Notes: generated by a model not told the origin, from the sequence alone. Positions 30,172-40,688 are shown, numbered from the stretch's first letter. The stretch: DNA of 64,000 nt from an uncultured delta proteobacterium (GCA_963765675.1 CAVXXK010000004.1:64001-128000); one strand, 5' to 3'. Numbers and translations are program-made.

Positions 30172-31107
30172 TTAAGCTGCGCGAGAAGACAACGAACCCA
30201 CGCGATGATGCCCCTCCCAGAAGAGCACGACCGGGCCCGCGATATAGATCGAGGAATAGGTGCCGGTGATAAACCCGACCAGCAGCGTGAATGCCGAAGG
30301 ACGCAGAATCGGCCCTCCGAACGCGAGCAGCGCGATCAACACCACAATCGCGGTGCCCGAGGTGAGCAGAGTGCGCGACAGCGTCTCGTTGATCGCGCGA
30401 TTCATGATCGTCGCGATCGGCTCGCGCCGGCGCTTGGCCGCGTCCTCGCGAATCCGGTCCGACACGATTACGGTGTCATGCACCGAATAGCCGATAACCG
30501 TGAGCAGCGCCGCCAGTGTAGTCAGATCGAATTGGAACTGACTGATCACCAGCGCGAGCGACACGACCAGGACGTCATGCACCAGCGCGATAACCGCGCC
30601 GGCCCCGAAGCTCCAACTCGTATGGCGAAACTGGAAGGCGATAAATACGCCCATGAAAATAGTCGCGAACACCACCGCCAGGAACCCGCGCCGGCGCAGA
30701 TCGCCTCCGACCTTGGCGCCCACGCTCTCTACGCGCACCACCTTGGCGACGTTGGGCCCGTAGGTCTTCGAGAGCTGGCCCTCGAGCTTCGGACCAAGGC
30801 TTCCGATATTGGCGACTTTCTCAAACCGCAGCAGGTAGGTATGCCCCGCCGACGCGCCGAAATCCTGCACGGTTATCTCGCCGAATCCCATCGGCCTGAG
30901 CGAGTCACGAATCGTGTTGGCGGTGGTGGCCTTGTCGAACTGCACCTGCACCACGCTGCCGCCCACGAAATCGACGCCGTAGTTGAGTCCGACGAAGATC
31001 AACATCAGCACGGCCGCGATATTGATCGCGGTCGAAAGAATTACGAAGAAATGGCGTTTCCCGACGAAATCGAGATTGATATCGGGACGGATCAGTTGAA
31101 AGGACAT
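30172..31107 (-). CDS. secF: Protein translocase subunit SecF
   Basis: GLNYGVDFVGG, VESVGAKVG, ALVHD, IGYSVHDTVIVSDRIRE, TLSRTLLTS, GTYSSIYIA. Confidence 0.96.
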   Translation of the reverse strand: MSFQLIRPDINLDFVGKRHFFVILSTAINIAAVLMLIFVGLNYGVDFVGGSVVQVQFDKATTANTIRDSLRPMGFGEITVQDFGASAGHTYLLRFEKVANIGSLGPKLEGQLSKTYGPNVAKVVRVESVGAKVGGDLRRRGFLAVVFATIFMGVFIAFQFRHTSWSFGAGAVIALVHDVLVVSLALVISQFQFDLTTLAALLTVIGYSVHDTVIVSDRIREDAAKRRREPIATIMNRAINETLSRTLLTSGTAIVVLIALLAFGGPILRPSAFTLLVGFITGTYSSIYIAGPVVLFWEGHHRVGSLSSRAA

Positions 31108-31151
31108 CGCAGTTGTTTAGCTGTTCCCTTGCTCGTGAACAACACCCACAC

Positions 31152-31577
31152 TCAGCTCGCCGCAGCGCGCTTCTTACGCGCACGCGAGGGGCGCGCGGGC
31201 CGGACAGGAGTTGCGGCGGCTTCTTTGGCGGCATGCGCAGCGGCCTGAGCCTGGAGCTTGCTGCATGCGCCGCAGAGGTTGTTCAGATTTGCGGGATCCT
31301 CGGTCAGGCCGTCGTCGAGCGAATGGCACACCTTCATGCATCCGGAGCAGATGAAGTAGATGCCCTCGATAGTCTTGTTGATTCGCTCGCGATTGAGGAT
31401 TCGTCCGCGCAGCTTTTCGATCCGGATCCCGAGGAGCTCGGCGTATTGGCGCTTGATCTTGCGCCGGCCGGCTTCGTCCTTGGGAAGATCGGCATCTTCC
31501 TCGGCTTCGTCGGCGGATTCGGAGAAGCTCGCGTACTTATCGCGCTTCGAGGTTTTTCGTTTACGCGCTCTGCCCAT
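31152..31577 (-). CDS. Hypothetical basic protein with a CxxC...CxxC zinc site
   Basis: GAGGA RBS; CSGC...CGAC; Lys/Arg-rich termini. Confidence 0.7.
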   Translation of the reverse strand: MGRARKRKTSKRDKYASFSESADEAEEDADLPKDEAGRRKIKRQYAELLGIRIEKLRGRILNRERINKTIEGIYFICSGCMKVCHSLDDGLTEDPANLNNLCGACSKLQAQAAAHAAKEAAATPVRPARPSRARKKRAAAS

Positions 31578-31587
31578 CGTCAAGTCC

Positions 31588-31758
31588 TCAGCGGGTCTTG
31601 CCGATGTATCCGCAAGCCTTTTCGCATACGAGGTAGAAGCCCTTGCGGCCGTAGCCCGCGAACTTGGTCACCTTGCTCTCGGCGCCGCAGTTGGGACACA
31701 GATGCTTGTGCTGGGCCTCGCCACTTTTTTCCGCGGTCTTTGCTTTCTTTTCAGCCAT
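31588..31758 (-). CDS. 56-aa zinc-ribbon microprotein (below the ORF-track cutoff)
   Basis: MAEKKAKTAEKSGEAQHKHLCPNCGAESKVTKFAGYGRKGFYLVCEKACGYIGKTR; GAGGA upstream; its stop TGA overlaps the RBS of the next gene. Confidence 0.75.
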   Translation of the reverse strand: MAEKKAKTAEKSGEAQHKHLCPNCGAESKVTKFAGYGRKGFYLVCEKACGYIGKTR

Positions 31759-32013
31759 AGCGAATTTGAGCCGTCCTCAGGATTGATTGCCTGCCCCGCG
31801 AAACGCGGAGGCGACGAAACACCACATTGTACACGAAAGCCCCGTTTCGAGAAATCCAGCCTCGTCCCATACGTTGAGGCGCTGCGATCGTGAGAACGCC
31901 CCGATTCCAAAGCGCCGCGTTCCCATTCGTCATTTCGAGCCTTGGGCGAGAAATCCCGAGGCGGTCATGCTCCGAGCTACACCGGATGCAACCTCTTCGC
32001 GCTCTATAACCCT

Positions 32014-32850
32014 TCATTCGGGCAGCTTCATCGACTCGTCGATCATCCGCTCGAAGTCCTCGGGGCTTAGCGCCGCGAGTTCTCGCGCGTCACCGCCGAC
32101 GAGGTACCGCTCTTGCGGATTCTCCGCCGATGCCGCGTCGACGATCACCCGCGCGACATCGTTCGCGTCGCCAAGCGCGAGCTCTGCGCCAGTCTTTATC
32201 CGATGCTCGATAATCCGCGCGTAGAGCGGATCGCGCGTCAGGCCCTTGACCCCCTGCCGCAAACGCTTGGGATAATGCATGTTCGCGCCGGCCCGCGTCT
32301 TGAAATTCCCCGGCTCGATAAGCACGACGCGGATCCCGAACGGCCGCAGCTCGTAGCGAAGACCGTTGCTGATCGCCTCGAGCGCGAACTTGCTCGCCGA
32401 GTAGACCGCCATGAACGGAAACGTGCGCACTCCCGAGATCGAGCTGACCATAACGATCGTCCCCGACCGCTGCGCTCTCATCGCGGGGAGCACCGCGCGC
32501 GTAACCTGCACGGCACCGAAAAAATTAGTCTCGAAGACGTGCCGGATATCGTTGTCGTCGTAATCCTCGACCGGTCCAGCACTGCCGAAGCCCGCGTTGT
32601 TCACGAGAATATCGATCCGGCCCTCGCGCTCGAGGATCTGCGCAATGGCATCCTTGACCGAAGCGGTGTCGGTCACATCGAGCTGGACAGTCTCGATCGT
32701 GAGCTGCTCCGCCTGCGCCTCGGCGCGCAGATAGCCAGCGTTTTCGAGCGTGCGCATCGAGGCGTACACGCGATGCCCCCGGCGAGCGAACTCAAGCGCG
32801 CTGAGCTTGCCGATCCCAGAACTGCATCCTGTGATCAGCGCGATTCCCAT
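32014..32850 (-). CDS. SDR family oxidoreductase
   Basis: TGCSSGIG, NNAG, YSASK; AGGAGG RBS. Confidence 0.93.
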   Translation of the reverse strand: MGIALITGCSSGIGKLSALEFARRGHRVYASMRTLENAGYLRAEAQAEQLTIETVQLDVTDTASVKDAIAQILEREGRIDILVNNAGFGSAGPVEDYDDNDIRHVFETNFFGAVQVTRAVLPAMRAQRSGTIVMVSSISGVRTFPFMAVYSASKFALEAISNGLRYELRPFGIRVVLIEPGNFKTRAGANMHYPKRLRQGVKGLTRDPLYARIIEHRIKTGAELALGDANDVARVIVDAASAENPQERYLVGGDARELAALSPEDFERMIDESMKLPE

Positions 32851-32932
32851 AGGTCCTCCTGTCTCGAACGCTTTATCGTGACCATGCCCGAATGCACGCC
32901 ACGCGCGCGGGAATGACACATCAGAAACACCG

Positions 32933-33760
32933 TCACTTCTGCGCGGGATAGGCGTAATGCCCATCGGACGCCGCCCCTCCAAAGACACCGGCGTCGCCGG
33001 TCAAATCGACGACGTCGATCACGCTAGCCTCGACCGGGACGCCTTCGAAAGAATCGGGAATGCGGCTCTTTACGTAGGCGAGCTCTTTGACTCCCTTGTC
33101 CGTCCCGTCATCGACGGTCACATCCAGCGCCGAGGTTTGTCCCTCCATATCTATTCCGACTCCTTCGATCACCGCGGTATCGCCCGACGGGAACCAATTC
33201 GGCTCGGCGGCCAGGAAATCGATTCGCGCAGCCATCGCTCGCACTACGTCAAGGTCTGGTCGCGAATCGCTATCCTTGATCGGAGGGCATCCGGCCGGCA
33301 GCGGCGGATTCGGCGCCCTGTTTAACCCGCGAACGCGCAGCATGTAAGGCAGGAATCTGTCGTACGGTTTGCTCTCGGTAACTTCGGTCGGCACGTTCTC
33401 GATTGTCTTCGGCACGCTGCTTCGGACGAACCCGACGTCGCCGGAGTTATCCGCCACCAAATCGAGCGTGGCAACCGGTTTGGACAAATCGATATCGACC
33501 GCGAGCACCCGGTCTTTGACGTGATAAGCGTCGAGCGAGCTTGCCAGATCTGGTTGTGCGCTGAGTGCGGCGACGGCGTCCGGACCCGGCTTGTCCTTAG
33601 CGCCCGACCACGCGGCAGGACATCGTGGTTGAGATGGCGACGCGGCCGCGACGGGCGCCGCGTCCTGCGCCGTCGCGAGGCCCGCAAAGCGCACGATTAT
33701 CGCCGCAATCGTCAGTGATCCAATAAGACGAAGCAGAGCGACGATATTCTGTCGGCTCAT
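32933..33760 (-). CDS. Secreted hypothetical protein with two tandem homologous domains
   Basis: N-terminal signal-like segment; repeats ending VPKTIENVPTEV and IPDSFEGVPVEA. Confidence 0.65.
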   Translation of the reverse strand: MSRQNIVALLRLIGSLTIAAIIVRFAGLATAQDAAPVAAASPSQPRCPAAWSGAKDKPGPDAVAALSAQPDLASSLDAYHVKDRVLAVDIDLSKPVATLDLVADNSGDVGFVRSSVPKTIENVPTEVTESKPYDRFLPYMLRVRGLNRAPNPPLPAGCPPIKDSDSRPDLDVVRAMAARIDFLAAEPNWFPSGDTAVIEGVGIDMEGQTSALDVTVDDGTDKGVKELAYVKSRIPDSFEGVPVEASVIDVVDLTGDAGVFGGAASDGHYAYPAQK

Positions 33761-33934
33761 ATGACGTCCCCTTTGACTGATTGTCATCGCTGTCCCCGCC
33801 CAATATCAAGCGTCGCTTCTCGGATGATTTGTCCGAGGCGAAACGAACCCACCGAAAGGCTAGGCTGACAGCGCCTGCCGTGATGCCCGCTACCATTGCA
33901 CGAGCGCATCGCTGCGCATATGCGTTAATTCATC

Positions 33935-34813
33935 TTGGATTCACAACTCAAAGCCGGCGACGCTGTGATCTTTATCGACCGCAAAGGGCGCCGCTACCTG
34001 AAGACGCTGCACGCAGGCAAGAAAATTCTGATTCGCGGAGAGCTTGCCGCGGACACGATTTTCGGCATCGACGAAGGCTCGCGAGTGAAATTCTCAACCG
34101 GCGAGACCTTTGTCGTCCTGCGCCCGACCTACGCCGATCTGATTCCCCTGCTGCCGCGCGCCGCGCAGGTCATCTATCCGAAAGACACCGGGCCGCTGCT
34201 CATCTGGGGCGACGTATTTCCCGGCGCGACTGTCGTCGAAGGCGGCACCGGCGCCGGCGCATTGACTATCGCGCTCCTGCGCGCGGTCGGGCCTGCGGGC
34301 CGGGTCATCTCGTATGAAATTCGCGAGGATTTCGCGGCCATCGCGCGGCGCAACGTCGCCGCCTACTTCGGCGATGCTCCCAACTGGACGCTCAAGCTGC
34401 GCGATCTGTACGACGGCTTCGACGAGACCGGCGTCGATCGGATGTTCCTCGATCTGCCCGAGCCGAGCCGCGCGCTGGAAGTCGCGGCGCGCGCGTTGCG
34501 CCCCGGCGGCGTGCTCGTCTGCTACGTTCCGACGGCGCTACAGATCAAAGACACCGTTGACGCGATTCAGGCGCGCGCTGACTTCGGCGAAGTCGAGACC
34601 TTCGAGACGCTGCTGCGCCATTGGCAGGTCAAAGGGATGAGCGTGCGACCGTTTTTCCGGATGGTCGCGCACTCGGCCTTCATCATTGTCGCCCGCCGCC
34701 TCGCCGATATCTCCGCCGGCGCCGAAGTAGAATCGATCACGCCGGCCGAGGCTACGGCCGACTCCGATTACGATTCTTCCGATTCGGACGGAGATCCCGA
34801 TCCCCTGGAATAA
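33935..34813 (+). CDS. trmI: tRNA (adenine(58)-N1)-methyltransferase
   Basis: PRAAQVIYPKD, VEGGTGAGALT, YEIREDFA, LDLPEP, MVAHSAF. Confidence 0.92.
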   Translation: MDSQLKAGDAVIFIDRKGRRYLKTLHAGKKILIRGELAADTIFGIDEGSRVKFSTGETFVVLRPTYADLIPLLPRAAQVIYPKDTGPLLIWGDVFPGATVVEGGTGAGALTIALLRAVGPAGRVISYEIREDFAAIARRNVAAYFGDAPNWTLKLRDLYDGFDETGVDRMFLDLPEPSRALEVAARALRPGGVLVCYVPTALQIKDTVDAIQARADFGEVETFETLLRHWQVKGMSVRPFFRMVAHSAFIIVARRLADISAGAEVESITPAEATADSDYDSSDSDGDPDPLE

Positions 34814-34838
34814 AATCGATTAGCCAGTTGGCTCAGGT

Positions 34839-35882
34839 ATGAATGATCCGCCCAAAATCAAATCTCCGGCGAACCGACTGACGCGGCGAGAATTCGTCGG
34901 CATGAGCGGCGCCGCGATCATCATCGCGGGTATCGGCGGAATGGATAGACTCGTTCGCGCAAACGCTGCTGCGGCGGCGAAATTCGGTGGTCCAACTCCA
35001 AATTCGAAATTCTACATCACTACATACTCCAGCACGCCGCCGGTCGATCCTGCCGCATGGCGGCTCAGTATCAAGGGGTTAGTAGCAAATCCCTTCGAGC
35101 TTTCGTACGCGCAGATCAAATCGCTGCCTCAGATCGACGAAACTCTCACGCTCGAATGTATCGGCAACCCTCCCGACGGCAGCCTGATCAGCAACGCCCG
35201 ATGGCGCGGCGTGCGGCTGCGCCCGCTCCTGGAGCGCGCGCGCGTCAATCGGCGCGCGGTCTGGGTTGTGATGCGCGCGGCCGACGGCTACTACACCGGT
35301 CTTCCGGTTGACGAACTGCTGCGCGACGAGAACTTCCTGCCCTGGATGATGAACGGCGTGCCGCTGCCACCCGATCATGGGTTTCCGGTGCGAATCTTCA
35401 TTCCGGGGAAGTATGGGATGAAGCAGCCGAAATGGATTACCGAGCTCGAGTTCGTCGATCATCCTGAGACTGGCTATTGGGAAGCGCGCCGATGGAGCAA
35501 TACCGCGTGGCGCAAGGTCAATTCGGGATTTTTCTCGCCACACGTCGAAGGAGGGATGCTTTCCCTGTTCGATCGCAGTGCGAAAGTGTCCGGCCCGGCC
35601 GATATCTACGGATGGGCGCTCGCGGGACCGTCAGGAATCAAGCGTGTGCAAGCTTCGATTGACAATGGCGTCTCGTGGCGCGACGCCGTGTTGGTAAGTA
35701 ATCACTCGCCGTATGTATGGACCGTCTGGAAATACCACTTGGCGCCCGCTCCGGGCAAATACATAGTGAGTATCCGTGCGATAGACGGTAACGGAGTCGC
35801 ACAACCGCCGACCGATCCTCAGACCGGTAGCGGAATGTCCGGCCAAGCCCGCATGTCCATAGAAGTGACCGCTCCAGGATAG
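34839..35882 (+). CDS. Tat-exported molybdopterin oxidoreductase (sulfite oxidase family)
   Basis: TRREF twin-arginine signal; TLECIGN Mo-ligand Cys; MNGVPLPPDHGFPVR, GMKQPKW; C-terminal dimerisation domain. Confidence 0.9.
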   Translation: MNDPPKIKSPANRLTRREFVGMSGAAIIIAGIGGMDRLVRANAAAAAKFGGPTPNSKFYITTYSSTPPVDPAAWRLSIKGLVANPFELSYAQIKSLPQIDETLTLECIGNPPDGSLISNARWRGVRLRPLLERARVNRRAVWVVMRAADGYYTGLPVDELLRDENFLPWMMNGVPLPPDHGFPVRIFIPGKYGMKQPKWITELEFVDHPETGYWEARRWSNTAWRKVNSGFFSPHVEGGMLSLFDRSAKVSGPADIYGWALAGPSGIKRVQASIDNGVSWRDAVLVSNHSPYVWTVWKYHLAPAPGKYIVSIRAIDGNGVAQPPTDPQTGSGMSGQARMSIEVTAPG

Positions 35883-35927
35883 CTTTGTCCTGACCAGGAC
35901 CGGCGGGACGCCGGCCCTGTTCAATTA

Positions 35928-38366
35928 TCAATGAAACAGTCTATGAAAGAATCCTCTGATTCCGCCGGGCGATGGACTCGCGCTTGGGATCGGCTGGATC
36001 GCTCCAGGAGCGTCGGGGCGGCTGGGAGGATTTGGTGTGCCGCCGAGCGCCGCGGGTAACGAGGCGAGGACTCCTGCGCCGCCACATGCCGTGGTGGTCG
36101 GAGCGGTGCCGATCAGAAACGGCAGCGCGATCGCGCGCGGACACGCAGGGGTCGCAAGGCCGCCGCTTTGCGGATCGATCGTGGCCATCACGATTCCCGA
36201 GGGCTCGGCGAAATCCGGTGAATCGTCCGGCACCGCGTGAGTCATGAAATTCACCCATGCCGGCAGAGCGGCGCTGGCGCCCGGCATCCCGAGACTCTGC
36301 GGCTCGTCGAAGCCGACCCAGACGCCGCACACGAGGTCGGGCGTGTACCCGATGAAATATCCGTCATGATAATCCTGGGTGGTGCCGGTCTTGCCCGCCG
36401 CGGGAAATTTCAGTCCCATCCTCCGCGCTGACGCGCCGGTGCCGTAACGCAACACCTGTTCGAGCGCGCCGGTAATCAGATACGCGACCGAAGGATTGAT
36501 GACGCGATTCTCGTCGTCCTCATGATGAAAGATCACGTGCCCCGCCGCATCGACGACCGCCTGAACCGCGTACGGCGGATCCTGCGCGCCCGAATTCGCA
36601 AACACCTGGTATGCGCCGACCAGTTCGAGCAGCGTGGTTTCGTCCGCGCCGATCGAGATCGGCAGCACCGCCGGCAGCTCTTCGTGGATTCCCAGCTCGT
36701 GCGCGGTCTGCACGATGCGCGCGGGACCGAGCTGGTTGCCGACCCACGCCGTCGGCACGTTGAGCGACTCGAACAGCGCCTGCGCGACCGTGACCTGCCC
36801 CTGGTAGGTGCGCTCGTAGTTGACGGGCGTCCAGCTTCCGAAGGTCATGGGGCGATCGGGCAGGACGGTCGCCAGCGTCATCGCGGGAGAGAACGGCGCA
36901 CGCGAGGGATCGAGCGCGGCCAGATAGACAATCGGCTTGAACGCCGAGCCGGGCTGGCGCTGGGCCATCGCGGCGCGGTTGAACTGGCTCGACGAATAAT
37001 CGCGTCCGCCGACCATCGCGCGAATCGCGCCATCCGACGCGTCGAGCACGACCATCGAGCTTTCGAGCTGTTTGGTCTTGTCGGCGCGCCGCAGCCGGCT
37101 GTGCGATTTCTCGAGCTGCGCCAGGTTTTGCTCGATCGCCTCCTGCGCATACGCTTGCATCTCGGGGTCTAGCGTCGTGTAAACCTTGAGCCCTTGGAGA
37201 TGCCCGTTAAGCCCCGGAATCTTGTCGACGAAACTTGTTACATAGTCGGTAAAGTATGGCGCGCGGCGCAGTCCGGGCGGCTTGGTCACGTCGATCGGCT
37301 CCGCGAGCGCGCGCTGGTACGCGGCCGCGTCGATCACGCCCGCATTTTTCATCACGCCGAGGACGATATTGCGTCGCGCGAGGCAGTTCTCCGGATGCCG
37401 CCGCGGATCGTAGAGACTCGGCGCCTGAATCATTCCGATCAGGGTCGCGGCCTCGGCCGGCGTGACCTCGCGCAGGTCGCGATTGAACAAATATCGCGCG
37501 GCCTGCGACAGGCCCTCGATCGGCGTGCCGTCGTACGAGCCCATCGGAACGTCATTGATATAGCGTTCGAGGATTTCGCGCTTGCCCAGCCGCATCTCGA
37601 GCACGATCGCGACCGCGAGCTCGCGGAACTTGCGGCTGAAGCTGCGCTCATGCCGATCCATAAAAGTGCGCGCGAGCTGCTGCGTCAGCGTGCTTGCGCC
37701 CTGCGCCAAATGATGCGACCTGAGATCGACCAACGCGGCTTCGATCACGCGAATCGGATCGATCCCCGGATGGTAGTAGAACCATCGGTCCTCGGTCGCG
37801 ATCAGGCCGTTCACCAGGTACGGCGGCAACGCGCCCAGCGCGACCTCGACGCGCTCGGCCGGAGCGCCCGGCAACAGCCGCCCGATCACCTCGGGCTCGA
37901 GCGCGACCGAGCGCTGGGACACGCCGAACGAATCGATCACGTTCGAGACGCGAATACCGCTGAGCGCGACGCGCACGATCGCGCCGGGATAGTCAGTTCC
38001 CGCGACAGTGAACGAGCGCGTGTAGATCGTGATCAGGCCCGGCGCGCGCGAGTACTCGCCGGGTGACGCAGGAGACGCGGTCTGCGTGTAGCTCAGATGA
38101 CTCAGGCGATCGATAAGGCCGGTGCGGACGATATCGTCGCCGGGACGAATCATCGCGGGTGCGGAATAGATTGCGCTGCTGAGCGCCTCGCGGCGCTGTT
38201 CGATCATCGCGGAGATTTCGCCGTAGAGTTGCGCGAGGTAGAACCCGGTGGCGAAGGTGATGAGCAGGAACGCCGCGCCGGCGATGGTCCGCACGCGCCA
38301 TCCGGCGATCCGCCATTCGCGCTTCTTGCGGCTCTTCCCGCCCCGCCTGTCATCAACCTTGGCCAC
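35928..38366 (-). CDS. mrcB: Bifunctional penicillin-binding protein PBP1b-type (transglycosylase/transpeptidase)
   Basis: N-terminal TM and UB2H-like region; EDRWFYYHPG, GASTLTQQL, RQPGSAFKP, SLN, GKTGTT. Confidence 0.88.
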   Translation of the reverse strand: MAKVDDRRGGKSRKKREWRIAGWRVRTIAGAAFLLITFATGFYLAQLYGEISAMIEQRREALSSAIYSAPAMIRPGDDIVRTGLIDRLSHLSYTQTASPASPGEYSRAPGLITIYTRSFTVAGTDYPGAIVRVALSGIRVSNVIDSFGVSQRSVALEPEVIGRLLPGAPAERVEVALGALPPYLVNGLIATEDRWFYYHPGIDPIRVIEAALVDLRSHHLAQGASTLTQQLARTFMDRHERSFSRKFRELAVAIVLEMRLGKREILERYINDVPMGSYDGTPIEGLSQAARYLFNRDLREVTPAEAATLIGMIQAPSLYDPRRHPENCLARRNIVLGVMKNAGVIDAAAYQRALAEPIDVTKPPGLRRAPYFTDYVTSFVDKIPGLNGHLQGLKVYTTLDPEMQAYAQEAIEQNLAQLEKSHSRLRRADKTKQLESSMVVLDASDGAIRAMVGGRDYSSSQFNRAAMAQRQPGSAFKPIVYLAALDPSRAPFSPAMTLATVLPDRPMTFGSWTPVNYERTYQGQVTVAQALFESLNVPTAWVGNQLGPARIVQTAHELGIHEELPAVLPISIGADETTLLELVGAYQVFANSGAQDPPYAVQAVVDAAGHVIFHHEDDENRVINPSVAYLITGALEQVLRYGTGASARRMGLKFPAAGKTGTTQDYHDGYFIGYTPDLVCGVWVGFDEPQSLGMPGASAALPAWVNFMTHAVPDDSPDFAEPSGIVMATIDPQSGGLATPACPRAIALPFLIGTAPTTTACGGAGVLASLPAALGGTPNPPSRPDAPGAIQPIPSASPSPGGIRGFFHRLFH

Positions 38367-38400
38367 AACCACCTCGCGTTTCCCACCCGACGCTAGCGAA

Positions 38401-38486
38401 TACCCTCTCCCTCCGGGAGAGGGCAACACGGCGCGGCGATTGCTTTATTCAGCAATCGCCGTGACGCGTGGGTGAGGGTGCTGCTC
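38401..38486 (-). repeat. REP-like palindromic element with an inserted hairpin
   Basis: CCCTCTCCCTCCGGGAGAGGG-[insert]-GTGGGTGAGGGTGCTGCTC; reverse-complement homologue of 899-991. Confidence 0.85.
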
Positions 38487-38525
38487 CGCTCTCTGCTCTG
38501 GCGCTCGCGCAACGAGAACAGGGCA

Positions 38526-39509
38526 TCAAAATGAGTACCTATTCCCCACCGCCGATTGACTGACTACTCCTTCGCCAAACTCATTCGCGAGCGCCCGCAG
38601 CGCGCGCCATCCGCTGCAATGCGCCGGGATTATTTGCGCGCACCCGAACTGCCGCAGACCCGCGACCGTATCGGGAATCAGTTTCTCCATCGCTGCGCCG
38701 CCAAGATGCAGGCCGCCGAACGCCGCGTAGATAGGAACGGCGGGAAACTGCTTTCGTACGTCGAGTAGCACGTTGACGATTCCCGCGTGCGAGCAAGCGC
38801 TGAAAACGACCATTCCCTTCCCGCCCACATGAACAGCAAGATAACGCTCATCCATTATCAGCGGATCGGCACGCCACGGTTCATTGATGCTATCGCGGCA
38901 CAGATGATCGGCGCGCCCCTTTTCGAAGCTCGTGATGCGCGGAATCTCACCGCTCAGGTAGAAGAATTCGTCCAGCAACAGTCGCGGAGCGCTATTGTTG
39001 ACGACTTCGACGCCATGCGCCGAGAGCTGCTGTAGCGAGGGGACCTTTTGAAAGGGCGCGACCTCGCCGGTGCTCAGCCGCGCGCCACGCTCCACGAACA
39101 TCCCTGGATTCACGTGGCAGGCGACGCTGCGCGTCCTGCGGCCATTTACAATCTCGTCGATCGCCGGCAGCACGCCTCCCATGTGATCCCAATGGCCATG
39201 CGAAATCGCGACGGCTTCGACCTGGCGGAGCGACACGCCGAGGTTTCGCGCGTTGGCGAGCAGCACCGCGCCGTCCGGACCCGCATCGAAGAGCAGCTTG
39301 TGGCGTTTGCCGCCGACTTCCGCAGTCAGCAGCAGCCCGAGACCAAGCTGAGCGCAGCAGAGCGTCGAGCCCGAAAGCTCGGAAGCCCCAGCAGCTACGA
39401 CATTATTGAACTCGGGCGAGCAGTAATGAGGCTTGGTCGAATAGCTATCGGTAAGATTGTCCGCGAGAACATCGACGACGAGCTTTTCAACGGTTTGAAT
39501 GTTGTTCAT
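38526..39509 (-). CDS. MBL-fold metallohydrolase
   Basis: LLFDAG, SHGHWDHMGG (HxHxDH), CSHAGIVN, GGLHL, PAHCSG. Confidence 0.88.
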   Translation of the reverse strand: MNNIQTVEKLVVDVLADNLTDSYSTKPHYCSPEFNNVVAAGASELSGSTLCCAQLGLGLLLTAEVGGKRHKLLFDAGPDGAVLLANARNLGVSLRQVEAVAISHGHWDHMGGVLPAIDEIVNGRRTRSVACHVNPGMFVERGARLSTGEVAPFQKVPSLQQLSAHGVEVVNNSAPRLLLDEFFYLSGEIPRITSFEKGRADHLCRDSINEPWRADPLIMDERYLAVHVGGKGMVVFSACSHAGIVNVLLDVRKQFPAVPIYAAFGGLHLGGAAMEKLIPDTVAGLRQFGCAQIIPAHCSGWRALRALANEFGEGVVSQSAVGNRYSF

Positions 39510-39559
39510 CGGAAGCAGCATCGCGATCATACCGGAATCGCGCGCCAGTTCCGAAGCAC

Positions 39560-40046
39560 CTACTGTTTGTAGCCGAATCGGCGGAGCATCGCGTGGCGAT
39601 CCTTTCTGATCCGCCTCGCTCTCGACGCCTTTGGGCGGCTCGCCGTCGATCACTCCTACGACGCCGCGCGCGCCCGCTTCTTCGGCAATGATGATCCGCA
39701 CCGGGTTGGCGCTCGCGCAGAAGATCGTGCAGACCTCGGCGACCGATTTGATCGGATTCAGCACGTTCACCGGAAACGCGTTGCCGAGCATCACGACGAA
39801 GACGTGTCCCGCGCCGATCGCGCGCGCCGCCTCGGTCGCCGCGCGCTCGAGGGCCTCGTCAGTGCCGGTGTGCCGCACGAGGCGGGGACCAGAAGCCTCG
39901 TTGAACGCGACACCAAAGCGAATTTGCGGGACCGCCTGCACCAGCGCCTCGAACAGATCCTCGACCGTCTTGATAAAATGCGACTGCCCGACAATCACGT
40001 TGACGTCCTCGGAAGGCTTGGCGATCGGTATCGACTTCAGTTCCAT
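39560..40046 (-). CDS. Adenosine-specific kinase family protein (DUF355); one extra base at ~39603
   Basis: NVIVGQSHFIKTVEDL, FNEASGPRLVR, FPVNVLN, GVVGVIDG; corrected C-terminus DQKDRHAMLRRFGYKQ*. Confidence 0.85.
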
Positions 40047-40130
40047 GACAGCGCCCTCTCGCAAACGCGGTAGAGATTTGGAGATGATACGAAAGCGGAC
40101 GGCGCGCGCAAAGGCGCTCCCGCACTCGCA

Positions 40131-40688
40131 ATGCCGACCGCGAAAAAGCCGCCGTCCACCGAACGCAAGCTGCCCGCATTTTTCTACCGGATGCCGCCGC
40201 TGGCGCAGCGCGCCTACCTGCGCAGCGATGAGATCGGCAAGTTCGATTTCGAGCCGACCGCCTCCGCGCTCGACGCCGTCGCCGCCCTGGGGCGCGCGCT
40301 CGAATCGGGCGGATCGGTCGCCATTGCGGAAGCCACTCGCGCCGTCGCGATCGAGGTCTGCCGGATGGCCGCCGTGATGCCGCTCGCGGTCGAGGTGCGC
40401 AGCGTCCGTCCGCGAAATCAGCGCGGCGAATTGCACGGCCTGTTCTATCCCTTCGACGCGCGTTCGCGCACGCCCGCGCATATCGTCCTGTGGATGCGCA
40501 CCGCGCAGCGCCACGACGTCGTCCGGCCGCGCACCTTCGTGCGCACCCTGATGCATGAGCTGGTGCACTATCTCGATTACGCGCTGCTGCGCCTGGGCGA
40601 TTCGTATCACACGATGGGCTTCTTCCGGCGCGAGTCGTTCCTGGTGCGGATGCTGCTGCCGCCGGACCCCGGCGATCCGCCATCTTGA
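40131..40688 (+). CDS. HExxH-containing putative zinc metalloprotein (SprT/zincin-like)
   Basis: TLMHELVHYLD...H..GF motif. Confidence 0.7.
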   Translation: MPTAKKPPSTERKLPAFFYRMPPLAQRAYLRSDEIGKFDFEPTASALDAVAALGRALESGGSVAIAEATRAVAIEVCRMAAVMPLAVEVRSVRPRNQRGELHGLFYPFDARSRTPAHIVLWMRTAQRHDVVRPRTFVRTLMHELVHYLDYALLRLGDSYHTMGFFRRESFLVRMLLPPDPGDPPS

